Positions 7,179 through 18,642 of a stretch of 64,000 nucleotides of DNA are shown here, piece after piece. A model generated the notes under the pieces. It did not search any database. It was not told the origin of the DNA and saw nothing but the letters and a program-made list of their open reading frames with translations. Each line of letters opens with the position of its first letter. Within the stretch, counting starts at the first letter, position 1. A program made the position numbers and the translations under genes. The stretch comes from Mycobacteriales bacterium (GTDB taxonomy: Bacteria > Actinomycetota > Actinomycetes > Mycobacteriales > QHCD01), in contig DASXJE010000018.1 of assembly GCA_036497565.1 (NCBI GenBank), positions 71,506 to 135,505 of the forward strand. Direction: 5' to 3'.

Positions 7179-7895
7179 TCACCCGGTCTCGCCGAGCCGT
7201 CGGCTGAGTGACGTAGCTGCTGCACAGACGAGCGGCGCGAGTCGTGCGCCCGGTCCGCGCCCGAGGCGCTGGATCGGACCTGACACCGACACCGCCGCCA
7301 CCACGGCACCCGACCGGTCCCGGACCGGTGCCGACACCGACGCGACGCCAGCCTCGCGCTCGGCGACGCTCTGCGCCCATCCGCGTCGGCGTACCTCGGC
7401 CAGCCCGCGGGCACTGAACGCCGCCGCAGTCAGCAATCCCGCCATCTCGGCCGGGGGCGACCACGCCGCCAGCACCTGCGCTGCCGATCCCGCCGACATC
7501 GACAGCCGCGCGCCCACCGGCACGGTGTCGCGCAGACCCTGCGCCGGCTCCGCAGCCAGTACGCAGACCCGCTCGGATCCGTCCCGGATGTAGAGCTGCG
7601 CGCTTTCACCGGTGTCGTCGCGAAGACCGACGAGCACCGGACCGGCCGCGGCGAGCAGCGGATCCGGCACCGTGTGGGCCAACTCGCGCAGCGCCGATCC
7701 CGTCGTCCACCGCCCGGAGTCGTCGCGGCTGAGCAGCCGGTGCGACTCGAGTGCGACGGCAAGTCGATGTGCCGTGGCACGGGGGAGTTGGGTCGCCTCG
7801 ACCAGGTCGGCCAGTCCCATCGGCGTACGGGCGATCGTGCTGAGCACCAGAACCGCCTTGTCCAAAACGCCGATGCCGCTAGACTGCGTTCTCAT
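7179..7895 (-). CDS. IclR-family regulator of leuCD (NdgR/LtbR type)
   Basis: SGIGVLDKAV...LPRATAHRLAVALE HTH; ESAQLY; GWAQSVAEREAGVASVSAPV; divergent from leuC. Confidence 0.9.
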   Translation of the reverse strand: MRTQSSGIGVLDKAVLVLSTIARTPMGLADLVEATQLPRATAHRLAVALESHRLLSRDDSGRWTTGSALRELAHTVPDPLLAAAGPVLVGLRDDTGESAQLYIRDGSERVCVLAAEPAQGLRDTVPVGARLSMSAGSAAQVLAAWSPPAEMAGLLTAAAFSARGLAEVRRRGWAQSVAEREAGVASVSAPVRDRSGAVVAAVSVSGPIQRLGRGPGARLAPLVCAAATSLSRRLGETG

Positions 7896-7910
7896 AGGGC
7901 GATACTAGCG

Positions 7911-7925
7911 TCCCACATGGTGGGA
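7911..7925. promoter_or_regulatory. Palindromic IclR operator between the regulator and leuC
   Basis: TCCCAC-ATG-GTGGGA, perfect 6-bp arms in the 58-bp divergent intergenic region. Confidence 0.7.
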
Positions 7926-7953
7926 TGCCAATACTTGCAGAGAGGGAGAGGTC

Positions 7954-9354
7954 ATGGGCCGGACGCTCGCAGAGAAGGTCTGGGACAGCCACGTCGTACG
8001 GCAGGTCGAGGGAGAGCCGGACCTGCTCTACATCGACCTGCATCTCGTGCACGAGGTCACGAGCCCGCAGGCCTTCGAGGGGCTCCGGCTGGCGGACCGG
8101 CGGGTACGCCGACCCGATCTCACCATCGCCACCGAGGACCACAACGTGCCGACGACCGGGTTGGGCGAGCCGATCGCCGACCTCGTGTCGCGTACGCAGG
8201 TGGAGACCTTGCGCCGGAACTGCGCGGAATTCGGCATCCGGCTGCACCCCATGGGCGATCAGAGCCAGGGCATCGTCCACGTCATCGGCCCGCAACTCGG
8301 CCTGACGCAGCCGGGAATGACGGTGGTGTGCGGCGACTCGCACACCAGCACGCACGGGGCGTTCGGTGCGCTGGCCTTCGGGATCGGCACCAGCGAGGTC
8401 GAGCACGTCCTCGCCACCCAGACCCTCCCATTGCGGCCGTTCAAGACGATGGCGGTCACCGTCGACGGCACGCTGCCGCCCGGAGTGACCGCCAAGGACG
8501 TCATCCTCGCCGTCATCGCCGAGATCGGCACCGGCGGCGGCCAGGGCCACGTCATCGAATACCGCGGCGAGGCGATCTCCGCGCTGTCGATGGAGGCCCG
8601 CATGACGATCTGCAACATGTCGATCGAGGCCGGCGCCCGTGCAGGCATGATCGCGCCCGACGAGACCACGTTCGGCTACCTGAAGGGCCGACAGCACGCC
8701 CCGACCGACGCCGACTGGGATTCCGCGCTCGACTACTGGCGCGGCCTGCGCACCGACGATGACGCGACGTTCGACCGCGAGGTGCACATCGACGCCGCGA
8801 GCCTCGAGCCGTTCGTCACCTGGGGCACCAACCCGGGGCAGGGCGTGCCGCTCAGCGGCCGGGTACCGGATCCCGCGGAGTACGACGACCCGGGCGAGCG
8901 CTCGTCGATCGAGAAGGCGCTGACCTACATGGCGCTGACCCCGGGCACCGCGCTTCGCGACGTGCCGGTGGACACCGTCTTCGTCGGTTCCTGCACCAAC
9001 GGGCGGATCGAGGATCTGCGCGCGGCGGCCGAGGTGCTACGCGGCCGGAAGGTCGCGAAGAGCGTGCGCATGCTCGTCGTACCCGGGTCGATGCAGGTGA
9101 AGGAGCAGGCCGAGTTGGAGGAGCTGGACGGCGTCTTCACGGCCGCCGGCGCGGAGTGGCGGTCTGCGGGCTGTTCGATGTGCCTGGCGATGAACCCCGA
9201 CCGGCTCGAGCCCGGGGAACGGTCCGCGTCCACGTCCAACCGCAACTTCGAGGGCCGGCAGGGCGCCGGCGGCCGTACCCATCTGGTGTCACCCGCGGTC
9301 GCCGCGGCCACCGCCGTCACCGGCCGCTTCACCGCGCCGTCCGACCTGTCCTGA
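7954..9354 (+). CDS. leuC: 3-isopropylmalate dehydratase large subunit
   Basis: [68 protein letters not shown]. Confidence 0.98.
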   Translation: MGRTLAEKVWDSHVVRQVEGEPDLLYIDLHLVHEVTSPQAFEGLRLADRRVRRPDLTIATEDHNVPTTGLGEPIADLVSRTQVETLRRNCAEFGIRLHPMGDQSQGIVHVIGPQLGLTQPGMTVVCGDSHTSTHGAFGALAFGIGTSEVEHVLATQTLPLRPFKTMAVTVDGTLPPGVTAKDVILAVIAEIGTGGGQGHVIEYRGEAISALSMEARMTICNMSIEAGARAGMIAPDETTFGYLKGRQHAPTDADWDSALDYWRGLRTDDDATFDREVHIDAASLEPFVTWGTNPGQGVPLSGRVPDPAEYDDPGERSSIEKALTYMALTPGTALRDVPVDTVFVGSCTNGRIEDLRAAAEVLRGRKVAKSVRMLVVPGSMQVKEQAELEELDGVFTAAGAEWRSAGCSMCLAMNPDRLEPGERSASTSNRNFEGRQGAGGRTHLVSPAVAAATAVTGRFTAPSDLS

Positions 9355-9370
9355 GGAGAAGGAGCCACCG

Positions 9371-9967
9371 ATGGAGAAGTTCACCGTGCACCGCGGCCGC
9401 GCCGTGCCGCTGCGCAACAGCAACGTCGACACCGACCAGATCATCCCGGCCGAATACCTCAAGCGGGTCAGCCGGACCGGTTTCGAGGACGGCCTCTTCG
9501 CGGCGTGGCGGAAGCGCGACGCCGACTTCGTGCTCAACCGGCCGGAGTACGACGGCGCGACGATCCTGGTCGCCGGCCCGGACTTCGGCACCGGGTCCTC
9601 GCGTGAGCACGCCGTCTGGGCGTTGACCGACTACGGCTTCCGCGTCGTCATCTCACCGCGGTACGGCGACATCTTCCGCGGCAACTCGCTCAAGGGCGGC
9701 CTGCTGACCGTCGTCCTGCCGGAGGACGTCGTGCAGGCGCTCTGGACACTGATCGAGTCCGACCCGACGGTCGAGCTGGTCGTCGACCTCGAGAACCGCA
9801 CCGTCCGGGCGCCCGGGATCGAGGTCGGGTTCGAGCTCGACGATTACACCCGCTGGCGGCTGATGGAGGGTCTCGACGACATCGGTCTGAGCCTGCGACA
9901 CGAAGAGGACATCTCGGCGTACGAGCAGAACCGGCAGCCGTGGATGCCCGTCACCCAGCCGGCGTGA
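9371..9967 (+). CDS. leuD: 3-isopropylmalate dehydratase small subunit
   Basis: [37 protein letters not shown]. Confidence 0.97.
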   Translation: MEKFTVHRGRAVPLRNSNVDTDQIIPAEYLKRVSRTGFEDGLFAAWRKRDADFVLNRPEYDGATILVAGPDFGTGSSREHAVWALTDYGFRVVISPRYGDIFRGNSLKGGLLTVVLPEDVVQALWTLIESDPTVELVVDLENRTVRAPGIEVGFELDDYTRWRLMEGLDDIGLSLRHEEDISAYEQNRQPWMPVTQPA

Positions 9968-10839
9968 CCAGTACGGATCCGGCCGGAGCGACCACCGCGG
10001 ACGGCACCCGCCCGCGGTGGGACGGGTCGCTGTACGCCGACAACACCGCCCATCACCGCCGATTCGACGACGCGGTGCTCGACGGAATCGACGTGCCGGG
10101 CACCGCCCGGGTGCTCGACCTCGGCTGCGGTGTCGGCGACTTCACCCTCCGGCTCGCCGATATCGTCCCCGATGGTGCGGTCCTCGGCGTCGATGCCGCA
10201 CCCGACATGGTGCGCGTCGCCGGAAGCCGCAGCGACCGTGCGAACGTCGATTTCCTCACCGCAGCGGCCCAGCAGCTCGCGACCATCGTTCCGGAGACGT
10301 CCTTCGACGCCGTGGTGTCGGTGGCGACGCTGCACTGGGTCCCCGAAGCCGACCACCCCGTCGTTCTCGACCAGATCCGCCGTGTCCTGCGGCCCGGCGG
10401 GTTGTTCCGGGCCGAGTTCGGCGGGGCCGGACAGATCTCCGCCGCCCGGGCGCTGCTGGACGAAGAGGCCAGTGCGGTCGGAGGAACACCGGTGCCGTGG
10501 TTCTTCCCCGACGCGGACACCTACCGCGCTCTGATCGAGGCGTCCGGGTTGTCGACGAGTGCGGGCTGGGTCCGTCTGGTGCATCAACGCAGATCGCTCC
10601 CGGACGCCGACGCACTGCTCGGCTGGCTGCGCAGTCAGGTGCTCGTCGGCTACGACGCAGTGGTGCCGGATGCAGCGGCGCAGCAGTTCCGACGGCAAGC
10701 CGAGTCCCGTGCAGTGTCCGAACTCCGGCGAGTCGACGGAAGTTTCGATCAGGACTACGTACGACTGGATCTGCGTGCCCACCGCGCCGCCGAGCCAGCA
10801 GGTCGTCCCGCCGCGACCGCCGATATCGCTGCTGTGTAA
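9964..10839 (+). CDS. Class I SAM-dependent methyltransferase, trans-aconitate methyltransferase (Tam)-like
   Basis: [41 protein letters not shown]. The GTG at 9964 overlaps the leuD TGA. Confidence 0.75.
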   Translation: MTSTDPAGATTADGTRPRWDGSLYADNTAHHRRFDDAVLDGIDVPGTARVLDLGCGVGDFTLRLADIVPDGAVLGVDAAPDMVRVAGSRSDRANVDFLTAAAQQLATIVPETSFDAVVSVATLHWVPEADHPVVLDQIRRVLRPGGLFRAEFGGAGQISAARALLDEEASAVGGTPVPWFFPDADTYRALIEASGLSTSAGWVRLVHQRRSLPDADALLGWLRSQVLVGYDAVVPDAAAQQFRRQAESRAVSELRRVDGSFDQDYVRLDLRAHRAAEPAGRPAATADIAAV

Positions 10840-11026
10840 GGGATCCGCAGCCCCGCCGACCCCCCGCATGGCACCGGACAGATCACGAAGTCCGGCCGAA
10901 GTGCCTGCGGATTGCGCTGCGACACAGGACTTTTCCTCGGTATGGTCGTTGTGCCCGACGGGGATCACGCCTACCGTTCGGCGCAAGTCGGCAGAGTGAG
11001 CCGAGGTAACGTCCTGGGAGGGACAC

Positions 11027-11527
11027 GTGAACAAGGCCCAACTAGTAGAGACGCTGGCCGAGCGCCTTGGTGGGGACAAGAAGTCCGCTGCCGCCGCGGT
11101 CGACGCCTTCGTCGACACCGTGATCCGTTCGGTGGCGAAGGGCGAGAAGGTCTCGATCACCGGGTTCGGTGTCTACGAGAAGCGCGTCCGCGCCGCCCGC
11201 ACAGCCCGTAACCCCGCAACCGGTGCCACGGTCCGCCTGAAGCGGACCTCGGTGCCGGCGTTCCGCGCGGGACAGGGATTCAAGGACGTCGTCAGCGGAG
11301 CCAAGAAGGTCGCCAAGGCACCGGCCAAGAGCACGACCAAGGCCACCGCCCGCAAGTCGGCGGCCAAGAAGGCCGGCACCAAGACGACCGCCCGCAAGGC
11401 GGCGTCGCGGTCGACGGCGACCAAGAAGGCGACGACCGCCCGCAAGACGACCGCCAAGAAGGCGGGCGCAGCGAAGAAGACCACCGCCAAGCGCACTACG
11501 GCGGCGAAGCGCACCGCACGCCGCTAG
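11027..11527 (+). CDS. hupB: HU DNA-binding protein with Lys/Ala/Thr-rich C-terminal tail
   Basis: MNKAQLV...[23 protein letters not shown]...VPAFRAG plus a histone-H1-like tail. Confidence 0.95.
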   Translation: MNKAQLVETLAERLGGDKKSAAAAVDAFVDTVIRSVAKGEKVSITGFGVYEKRVRAARTARNPATGATVRLKRTSVPAFRAGQGFKDVVSGAKKVAKAPAKSTTKATARKSAAKKAGTKTTARKAASRSTATKKATTARKTTAKKAGAAKKTTAKRTTAAKRTARR

Positions 11528-11552
11528 CACCATCGGCCAGGGCGACATCCGG

Positions 11553-11589
11553 CGACGAGCCGGCATCCCAAGCGGATGCCGGCTCGTCG
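11553..11589. terminator. Bidirectional stem-loop terminator between convergent hupB and mutT1
   Basis: CGACGAGCCGGCATCC-CAAGC-GGATGCCGGCTCGTCG, a 16-bp perfect stem. Confidence 0.75.
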
Positions 11590-11608
11590 TCGTTCGGGGT
11601 GGGCGCCG

Positions 11609-12490
11609 TCAGCCGAAGCTGCGGAAGTATTCGGCGGCGACCAACTTGTCACCGACGAAGGACAGCGCCCAGGTACTGGCCTTCTTTGCGTCGGTCGTCG
11701 ACAGATCCACGCCGTCGGCCTTCGCCAGTGTCCCGACGATGGTGGGGATCGCGCCGCCCTGGCTGCAGACCACGGTCGTGCCGCGATTACGGGCGAGTTG
11801 GCGGATCCGCTCGACCGCCGCGTCCGGATCGCTCGCGCATGCCTCTTCGTTCAGCGCCGGCTCAAGGCCCACCGTGAGGCCGAGGTCGGCGGCGAGCGGA
11901 GCAACCGTCTGCACGCAGCGCACGCGGTCTGCGGAGACCACCAGAACGGGCGCCCAGCAGGCCAGACCCGAGCGCAGCCGATCGGCCTGGGCCGCGCCGA
12001 CCGCGTCCAGCGGACGCAGCCGGTCGTCGTCCTTCCAGGAGCTCTTGTCGCCCGCGCGCGCGTGGCGCACCAGCAGGATGGCGGCCGTGGGCACCGGTCC
12101 GGCGAGGAAATCGCGGACTATCTCGCGATCACGTTCGTAGGTCAGCCGGTCGAGTGCGGCGTCTGGGTCGAGCCAGTCCAGGCGGTCGACCTCGTCACCG
12201 GGCTGGAATTCGCCGCTCAGGCAACGTATCGACCAGTAGTCGACGGTCTTCTCGCCCTCCGGCACCTTGTAGCGCTGGCTCGGCAGGCGGCGGCCCATCG
12301 CAGGGATGCAGCCGGTCTCCTCGGTAACCTCCCGGCACGCGCCGAGGACCGGGTGCTCATTGTGGTGCAACTTTCCTTTCGGCAGCGACCAGTCGTCGTA
12401 GCGCGGCCGGTGGATGACGGCGATGTCGGGCCGATCGGAGGACCCACGCCACACCAGGCCGCCCGCGGCCGGGATCTTCCGTGCAGCCAC
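11609..12490 (-). CDS. mutT1: NUDIX hydrolase + histidine phosphatase domain (MutT1 type)
   Basis: AAGGLVWR, HRPRYDDWSLPKGKL, REVTEETG Nudix box, then LLVRHARAG. Start placed at the GTG 5 nt after the ppk1 stop. Confidence 0.88.
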   Translation of the reverse strand: MAARKIPAAGGLVWRGSSDRPDIAVIHRPRYDDWSLPKGKLHHNEHPVLGACREVTEETGCIPAMGRRLPSQRYKVPEGEKTVDYWSIRCLSGEFQPGDEVDRLDWLDPDAALDRLTYERDREIVRDFLAGPVPTAAILLVRHARAGDKSSWKDDDRLRPLDAVGAAQADRLRSGLACWAPVLVVSADRVRCVQTVAPLAADLGLTVGLEPALNEEACASDPDAAVERIRQLARNRGTTVVCSQGGAIPTIVGTLAKADGVDLSTTDAKKASTWALSFVGDKLVAAEYFRSFG

Positions 12491-12495
12491 GGCCG

Positions 12496-14676
12496 CTACT
12501 CGCCCCGACCGGTATGGCGCCGCATCAGCACCTGTTGATAGTCCACCAGCGCCTTCCCGTCGGCGATGGTGTGCCGCCGCCATTCGCCGTCGGGATAGAG
12601 CTCCCAGCACGCGGTGGTGTCGGCCATGGCGAGGTCCAGCGTGGACTGCAGTTGTTCGCAGGCGCTCGGATCGGTGACGTGGACCAGCGCCTCGACCCGC
12701 CGGTCGAGATTGCGGTGCATCAGGTCGGAACTGCCGATCCAGTACTCCGGGTCGCCGTCGTTGCCGAAGGAGTAGATCCGGGAGTGTTCGAGAAAGCGGC
12801 CGACGATCGAGCGCACGCGGATGTTTTCCGACAGCCCGGACACACCGGGGCGGATCGAGCAGTTCGTGCGGACGAGCAGGTCGATGGCCACACCGGCACG
12901 GGATGCCCGGTAGAGCGAGTCGATGGTCTCCTCGTCGACCAGGTGGTTGGTTTTGATGCGGATGCTCGCCGGCCGGCCGGCCCGCGCGTGCCCCGCCTCG
13001 CGCTCGATCCGTTCGATGATGCCGGCCCGCACGCCCTGTGGCGCCACGAGCAGCGACCGGTACGACGTCTGACGGGAGTAGCCGGTCAGGACGTTGAACA
13101 GCGCCGTCAGGTCGGCCCCGACCACGGGGTCGGCGGTGAGCAGGCCGAAGTCCTCGTAGAGGCGTGCGGTCTTGGGGTTGTAGTTGCCGGTGCCGATGTG
13201 GCAGTAGCGGCGGATCGCGCCGTCCTCCTGGCGGACGACCAGCGCCGTCTTGCAGTGGGTCTTCAGCCCGACGAGGCCGTATACGACGTGGCAGCCGGCC
13301 CGCTCCAGTGCGCGTGCCCAGCTGATGTTCGCCTGCTCGTCGAAGCGGGCCTTGATCTCGACCAGCACCACGACCTGCTTCGCGGCCTCGGCGGCGTCGA
13401 TGAGCGCATCGACGATCGGGGAGTCACCCGACGTGCGGTAGAGCGTCTGCTTGATCGCGAGCACCTTGGGGTCGGCCGCGGCCTGCTCGATGAAGCGTTG
13501 CACGCTGGTGGCGAAGGAATCGTAGGGGTGGTGGACAAGCACGTCCCCTTCGCGCAGCGTCGCGAAGACGCTCTTGGGCGTCTCGCCGTCGGTGAGCCGC
13601 GGGGGCGTGGCGGGGACGAACGCCTCCTCCTTGAGCTCCGGCCGGTCGACCTCGTAGAGCTCCAGCAGCGACGACACGTCGAGCAGCCCGGGAACCCGGG
13701 AGACGTCCGCCCGGCTCATGTCCAGCTCGCGGATCAGCAGATCCAGCACGTGCGGCGACATGGTGTCGGCCACCTCGAGCCGCACTGCGGGACCGAAGCG
13801 GCGACGGGCCAGCTCGCGTTCGAGCGCCTGGAGCAGGTCTTCGTCGCGGTCCTCCTCGACTTCGAAGTCGGCGTTGCGCGTCACCCGGAACAGGTGGTGC
13901 TCGACGATCTCATTGCCCGGGAACAGCTGGTCCAGATGGGCCGCGATCAGGTCCTCCAGCGGCAGGAAGTTCGCGCTTTCCGTGGAGGTCGCACCCGCGT
14001 TGACTTCACCCTCGCTGCCGACCGCGACGAAGCGGGGCACGTTGTTGGGCACCTTGATGCGGGCGAATCGGTCGACGAGACCGTCCGGATCGCGCACGGT
14101 GACGGCGAGGTTGAGGGAGAGGCCGCTGATGTAGGGGAACGGGTGTGCCGGGTCGACCGCGAGCGGGGTGAGCACCGGGAAGAGGTGGTCGCCGAAATAG
14201 ACGTGCAACCGGGACTGCTCGCTGTCGCCGAGGTCCTGCCAGTGCACGATCGCGATGCCCTGCTCCTCGAGCGCCGGCGCGACGTCGTCGACGAAACACC
14301 GGGCCTGCCGTTCCACCAGTGCCTGGGTGCGCTCGGCGATGCGCGCCAGCTGTTCGCGGGGCGAGAGGTGGTCCGCCGATCGCACGGAAAGGCCCATGCT
14401 CTGGCGCCGTTTGAGGCCGGCCACCCGCACCATGTAGAACTCGTCGAGGTTGCTGGCGAAGATCGCCAGGAACTTCGCCCGCTCCAGCAGCGGCAGCTTG
14501 CGGTCCTCGGCGAGTGTGAGGACCCGGCCGTTGAAGTCCAGCCACGACACCTCGCGGTTGAGGAACCGGTCCTCGGGAAGTCGCGCGTCGTCGAGATCCG
14601 TCGACGGGGTTCGCCCACTGTCGTCCGAGGAGGGGTGATTCCCGGTCCGATCCGTGGTGTCCGTCTCAGAGCTCAT
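12496..14676 (-). CDS. ppk1: Polyphosphate kinase 1
   Basis: [69 protein letters not shown]. Confidence 0.97.
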   Translation of the reverse strand: MSSETDTTDRTGNHPSSDDSGRTPSTDLDDARLPEDRFLNREVSWLDFNGRVLTLAEDRKLPLLERAKFLAIFASNLDEFYMVRVAGLKRRQSMGLSVRSADHLSPREQLARIAERTQALVERQARCFVDDVAPALEEQGIAIVHWQDLGDSEQSRLHVYFGDHLFPVLTPLAVDPAHPFPYISGLSLNLAVTVRDPDGLVDRFARIKVPNNVPRFVAVGSEGEVNAGATSTESANFLPLEDLIAAHLDQLFPGNEIVEHHLFRVTRNADFEVEEDRDEDLLQALERELARRRFGPAVRLEVADTMSPHVLDLLIRELDMSRADVSRVPGLLDVSSLLELYEVDRPELKEEAFVPATPPRLTDGETPKSVFATLREGDVLVHHPYDSFATSVQRFIEQAAADPKVLAIKQTLYRTSGDSPIVDALIDAAEAAKQVVVLVEIKARFDEQANISWARALERAGCHVVYGLVGLKTHCKTALVVRQEDGAIRRYCHIGTGNYNPKTARLYEDFGLLTADPVVGADLTALFNVLTGYSRQTSYRSLLVAPQGVRAGIIERIEREAGHARAGRPASIRIKTNHLVDEETIDSLYRASRAGVAIDLLVRTNCSIRPGVSGLSENIRVRSIVGRFLEHSRIYSFGNDGDPEYWIGSSDLMHRNLDRRVEALVHVTDPSACEQLQSTLDLAMADTTACWELYPDGEWRRHTIADGKALVDYQQVLMRRHTGRGE

Positions 14677-14733
14677 GGGTAGATGATGCCCCGTCCAGGT
14701 GAACGGCGTGCCGCGATCCCGCCACGGTGCCGC

Positions 14734-14928
14734 TCACGGGAGCGTGATCAGCGTGACCCGGACCACTCGCCCGGCGTCCCGGTCGAGCCGAACCCGTTGC
14801 CCCGGGCGCAGCAGCCGGAGCCCGCCTGCGGCGAAGGCCGCCGCGTCGAAATCCAGCGCCCGCCCGTCGTCGAGCAGCACCGAGCCGGATCCGGTCCGCG
14901 GGTCGAAGTGCCGCACGGTGCCCTGCAT
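14734..14928 (-). CDS. Small cold-shock/OB-fold-like protein
   Basis: MQGTVRHFDPRTGSGSVLLDDG...LRLLRPGQRV; conserved position between cofC and ppk1 in actinobacteria. Confidence 0.75.
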   Translation of the reverse strand: MQGTVRHFDPRTGSGSVLLDDGRALDFDAAAFAAGGLRLLRPGQRVRLDRDAGRVVRVTLITLP

Positions 14929-14979
14929 CCGGTCACCGTACGGGAGAGTCCGCCCCGATACGTCGATCCGGGCCGGGCG

Positions 14980-15603
14980 TCAGAGCAGCGCGCGGGTCGC
15001 TGCACCGATACCCAGTCGCGTCGCCGCCTGGAGGTCGTCGGGGGTGTCGACGTCGCGGCGCAACGACGGCCAGTCGCCCTGCAGTTCGACCGCACCGGAG
15101 TCCAGGTGCGCCTGCCGGGACGCCACGCCGTAGCGAGGTGCCAGCTCGGCTCCCGGGACGGCGGCCAGCAGCGTGGTGCCCTGACCGGAGGCATCGGCGA
15201 CGAACGAGCGCGGCATCGCCGCAGCGGCCTGCAGCGCCCCGGTGAGCTCGTCCGGCCGCAGTGCCGCGAGGTCACTGGCGAGTACGGCGACCCCGTCCTC
15301 GGTGCCGAGCCGCGCCGCGGCGGCGGCGCCGTAGGCCAGCGCCGGATTGAGCCCGGCATCCGGGCGATCCGGGACGACGACGGCACCGGCCCGCTCGAGC
15401 CGGTCCGCGGCCTGCTCGTCGTCGGTCACGACCACGACCCGCGCAACCACCGGGCTCGCCAGCGCGGCGGTCACCGTATCGACGGCCAGGGCCAGCGCGA
15501 GCGCCTCCCGCCCGCCCGGCACGCCGTCCGGCGCCGCCGCGGCGAAGAGTCGGGACTTCGCGCGCGGCAGTCGCTTCACCGGAACGACAATGGACCAACG
15601 CAT
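14980..15603 (-). CDS. cofC: 2-phospho-L-lactate/PEP guanylyltransferase (F420 biosynthesis)
   Basis: [55 protein letters not shown]. Confidence 0.93.
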   Translation of the reverse strand: MRWSIVVPVKRLPRAKSRLFAAAAPDGVPGGREALALALAVDTVTAALASPVVARVVVVTDDEQAADRLERAGAVVVPDRPDAGLNPALAYGAAAAARLGTEDGVAVLASDLAALRPDELTGALQAAAAMPRSFVADASGQGTTLLAAVPGAELAPRYGVASRQAHLDSGAVELQGDWPSLRRDVDTPDDLQAATRLGIGAATRALL

Positions 15604-15701
15604 GACGCCGACATCGTCGCAGGGTGCTCGCGGGTACATGTGCGCGACCGGGCAGAATCCTGCTTCGCGGCAGCTGTCGACGACATGGAGGGCGGCAACG
15701 A

Positions 15702-16421
15702 ATGACCAGGCGCAGGGCAGGGTTCTGGATCCGGCTGTGCGTGATCCTCATCCGGCCGCTGGACGGGCTGCTGTTCAAGATCAGATGGCGCGGCACCGAG
15801 AACGTGCCCAAGAGCGGCGGAGTGATTCTCGTCGCCAACCACGTCTCCTACGCCGATCCCTTCACCTTCGTCCGGTTCGTGTGGGATTCCGGCCGGATCC
15901 CGCGCATTCTCGCCAAATCGAGCCTCTTCACCATCCCCGTCGCCGGCGCGATCCTGCGCGGCGCCAAGCAGATCCCGGTCTATCGCGGGTCGTCGGAAGC
16001 CGGTGGTTCGCTGCGCGACGCCGTCGCCGCGCTCGACCGCGGCGAGGCGGTGTGCATCTATCCCGAGGGAACCGTCACCCGCGACCCCGACTGGTGGCCG
16101 ATGCAGGGCAAGACAGGGGTCGCCCGGCTCGCGCTGGCCACCGACGTCCCCGTCGTCCCGATCGCCCAGTGGGGACCGCAGTTCGCCTACGACCGCTACC
16201 ACCACAAGATCAGCCTGCTGCCGCGCAAGGAGATCCACACCGCGGCGGGGCCACCGGTCGACCTGTCGGCGTACCGGGACAAGCCGGTGACCGGCGAGCT
16301 GCTGCGCGACGTCACCGACGAGATCATGCGCGGGGTGCGGGCCCAGCTCGCCGAGATCCGGCAGGCCACCCCACCGGACCGGTTCTGGACGCGGCCACCA
16401 CGCGAGGAGTCCGGCCGGTGA
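15702..16421 (+). CDS. Lysophospholipid acyltransferase (PlsC family)
   Basis: NHVSYADP (HxxxxD), [24 protein letters not shown]. Confidence 0.9.
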   Translation: MTRRRAGFWIRLCVILIRPLDGLLFKIRWRGTENVPKSGGVILVANHVSYADPFTFVRFVWDSGRIPRILAKSSLFTIPVAGAILRGAKQIPVYRGSSEAGGSLRDAVAALDRGEAVCIYPEGTVTRDPDWWPMQGKTGVARLALATDVPVVPIAQWGPQFAYDRYHHKISLLPRKEIHTAAGPPVDLSAYRDKPVTGELLRDVTDEIMRGVRAQLAEIRQATPPDRFWTRPPREESGR

Positions 16422-17416
16422 CCCGGGCGGCGGTGCTGGGGGCCGGGTCGTGGGGTACGGCGTTCGCGAAGCTCCTCGTCGACGCCGGCGGCACCGTGAC
16501 CCTCTGCGCCCGCCGTCCGGAACTTGCGGCGACGATCCGCGACACGGGCATCAACCCCGACTACCTACCGGGGATCAGGCTGCCGGAGTCGCTGGCGGTC
16601 ACCGCCGATCCCGCCGCGGCGCTGGACGGAACGGACCTGGTCGTGCTCGCCGTACCGTCGCAGACGCTGCGGGTAAATCTCGCGCAGTGGTCGCCGCTGC
16701 TCGGTGGTGACGCCACCGTGGTGAGCCTGATGAAAGGCGTCGAGCTCGGCAGCGACAAGCGGATGAGCGAGGTCATCGGCGAGGCCGGGTCGGTGCGCGC
16801 CGACCGGGTGGCGGTGGTGACCGGCCCCAACTTCGCCCGCGAGATCGCCGCCGAACAGCCCGCAGCCACCGTGATCGCCTGCCCGGACCCCGACCGCGCC
16901 ACCCGGCTGCAGAGAGACTGCCAGACGCCGTACTTCCGGCCGTACACCAACGCGGACATGATCGGCGCCGAACTCGGTGGCGCGGTGAAGAACGTGATGG
17001 CCCTGGCCTGCGGGATGGCGGTCGGGATGGGTTTCGGCGACAACACCAAGGCGTCCCTCATCACCCTGGGCTTGGCGGAGATGACCCGGCTCGGTGCCGT
17101 GCTCGGTGCGCAACCGGCGACCTTCGCGGGACTCGCCGGGCTCGGCGACCTGGTCGCGACCTGCATGTCGCCGTTGTCCCGCAACCGTGCGGTCGGCGAG
17201 GGTCTGGGCCGTGGTGAGAACATGGCGGAGGCGACCGCGGAGACGCACGGTCAGGTCGCCGAAGGGGTGAAATCGTGCCGGTCGGTGCTCGATCTCGCCC
17301 GCCGGTATGACATCGACATGCCGATCACCGAAGGCGTGGTCGCCGTGTGCCACGAAGGCATGCGCCCGGCCGAGATGGTGAAACGCCTCATGAGCAGGGA
17401 GATGAGAGCCGAGTGA
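16418..17416 (+). CDS. gpsA: NAD(P)H-dependent glycerol-3-phosphate dehydrogenase
   Basis: [50 protein letters not shown]. Confidence 0.96.
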   Translation: MTRAAVLGAGSWGTAFAKLLVDAGGTVTLCARRPELAATIRDTGINPDYLPGIRLPESLAVTADPAAALDGTDLVVLAVPSQTLRVNLAQWSPLLGGDATVVSLMKGVELGSDKRMSEVIGEAGSVRADRVAVVTGPNFAREIAAEQPAATVIACPDPDRATRLQRDCQTPYFRPYTNADMIGAELGGAVKNVMALACGMAVGMGFGDNTKASLITLGLAEMTRLGAVLGAQPATFAGLAGLGDLVATCMSPLSRNRAVGEGLGRGENMAEATAETHGQVAEGVKSCRSVLDLARRYDIDMPITEGVVAVCHEGMRPAEMVKRLMSREMRAE

Positions 17417-18624
17417 CTGACTCGCAGCCGTCGTACGGAGAGGGCACCCGCGCGGTGCACACGCCGCACCCGCCGGCCTTCGAGCAGGAGCCGCTCGGCC
17501 TGCCGGTCTACCGCACAGCGTCGTTCGCCTTCTCCTCGGCGAACGAGTTCGCCGAGGTGCTCGGCGGTCGGGCACCCGGCTACTCCTACAGCCGGGTCGA
17601 CAACCCCACCGCGGACGCGTTCGCGACCGCGGTCGCGGCGTTGGAGGGTCACGGTGTCGACGACGACATCGTGGGGCAGCCGTTCGCTTCGGGGATGGCG
17701 GCGATCTCGAGCGCGGTGATGGCGCACGTCGGTGCCGGTGACCACGTCGTCTGCGCCGCCGCGGTCTACGGCGGTACGTGGTCGCTGCTCGCGAACGTGC
17801 TCTCCCGGTTCGGGGTCACCGCGTCATTCGTCGAAGGCAACGATCCAGCCGATTACCGCGCTGCTGTGACCGATCGCACCCGGCTGGTCTGGGTGGAGAC
17901 GATCGCCAATCCCACCCTGGCGGTCGCCGACCTGCCCGAGCTCGCCGCCGTCGCCCACGAGGCCGGCGCCCTGCTCGGCGTCGACTCGACGTTCGCCACG
18001 CCGGTGCTGTGCCGCCCGCTCGAGCACGGTGCCGACATGGTGATGCATTCGGCGACGAAATACCTCGGCGGGCACGGCGACGTGACCGGCGGCGTCGTCG
18101 TCGGCCGCCGCGACGTCATCGATCCGGTGCGGCACCTGCGGATCGACCTCGGCGGCGCACTCTCCCCGGACGACGCGTTCCTGCTGCATCGCGGTGTATC
18201 GACGCTGCCCCTGCGGGTGTCGCGGCACAGTGCGTCGGCGATGGTGCTCGCCGAGGCGCTCGCGACCCACCCGGCCGTCGCCCGGGTGCACTATCCCGGG
18301 CTGTCGTCACATCGCGACCACCCGCTGGCGACCAAGATCTTCGATGCCGGCAGATTCGGCGGGATGGTCAGCGTCGACCCGCACGGCGATCGCGACGCCG
18401 GAATCCTGCTCTGTGACCGGCTGCGACTCGGAATGCCCGCCAGCTCACTCGGCGGCACCCGCACCATCGTCAGTCACGTGGCGTCGACGACCCACCGTCA
18501 GCTCGCCGACACCGACCTCGCCCGCGCCGGTATCGCCCCCTCGACGGTGCGCATCTCGGTGGGGCTGGAGGATCCCGGCGACCTCGTCGCGGACTTCGCA
18601 CAGGCCCTCGACGGGCTGCGCTGA
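17413..18624 (+). CDS. PLP-dependent trans-sulfuration enzyme (cystathionine gamma-synthase/lyase, Met gamma-lyase family)
   Basis: [53 protein letters not shown]. Confidence 0.9.
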   Translation: MTDSQPSYGEGTRAVHTPHPPAFEQEPLGLPVYRTASFAFSSANEFAEVLGGRAPGYSYSRVDNPTADAFATAVAALEGHGVDDDIVGQPFASGMAAISSAVMAHVGAGDHVVCAAAVYGGTWSLLANVLSRFGVTASFVEGNDPADYRAAVTDRTRLVWVETIANPTLAVADLPELAAVAHEAGALLGVDSTFATPVLCRPLEHGADMVMHSATKYLGGHGDVTGGVVVGRRDVIDPVRHLRIDLGGALSPDDAFLLHRGVSTLPLRVSRHSASAMVLAEALATHPAVARVHYPGLSSHRDHPLATKIFDAGRFGGMVSVDPHGDRDAGILLCDRLRLGMPASSLGGTRTIVSHVASTTHRQLADTDLARAGIAPSTVRISVGLEDPGDLVADFAQALDGLR

Positions 18625-18642
18625 CCGGATAGGGTGCGGGCC

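Noticed and set aside
12481-14682. 733-aa plus-strand ORF antisense to ppk1, and similar long shadows (951-3176, 20799-23351, 23832-26255, 40857-43124, 45274-47544, 53952-56219, 59917-61533)
   Set aside because: They mirror well-supported genes, lack recognisable motifs, and long stop-free antisense frames are expected at this GC content.
15347-16417. Apparent 350-aa N-terminal extension or fusion on gpsA (ORF 15347-17416)
   Set aside because: The upstream part is an Arg/Pro-rich off-frame reading across cofC and plsC. The real start is the coupled GTG at 16418.
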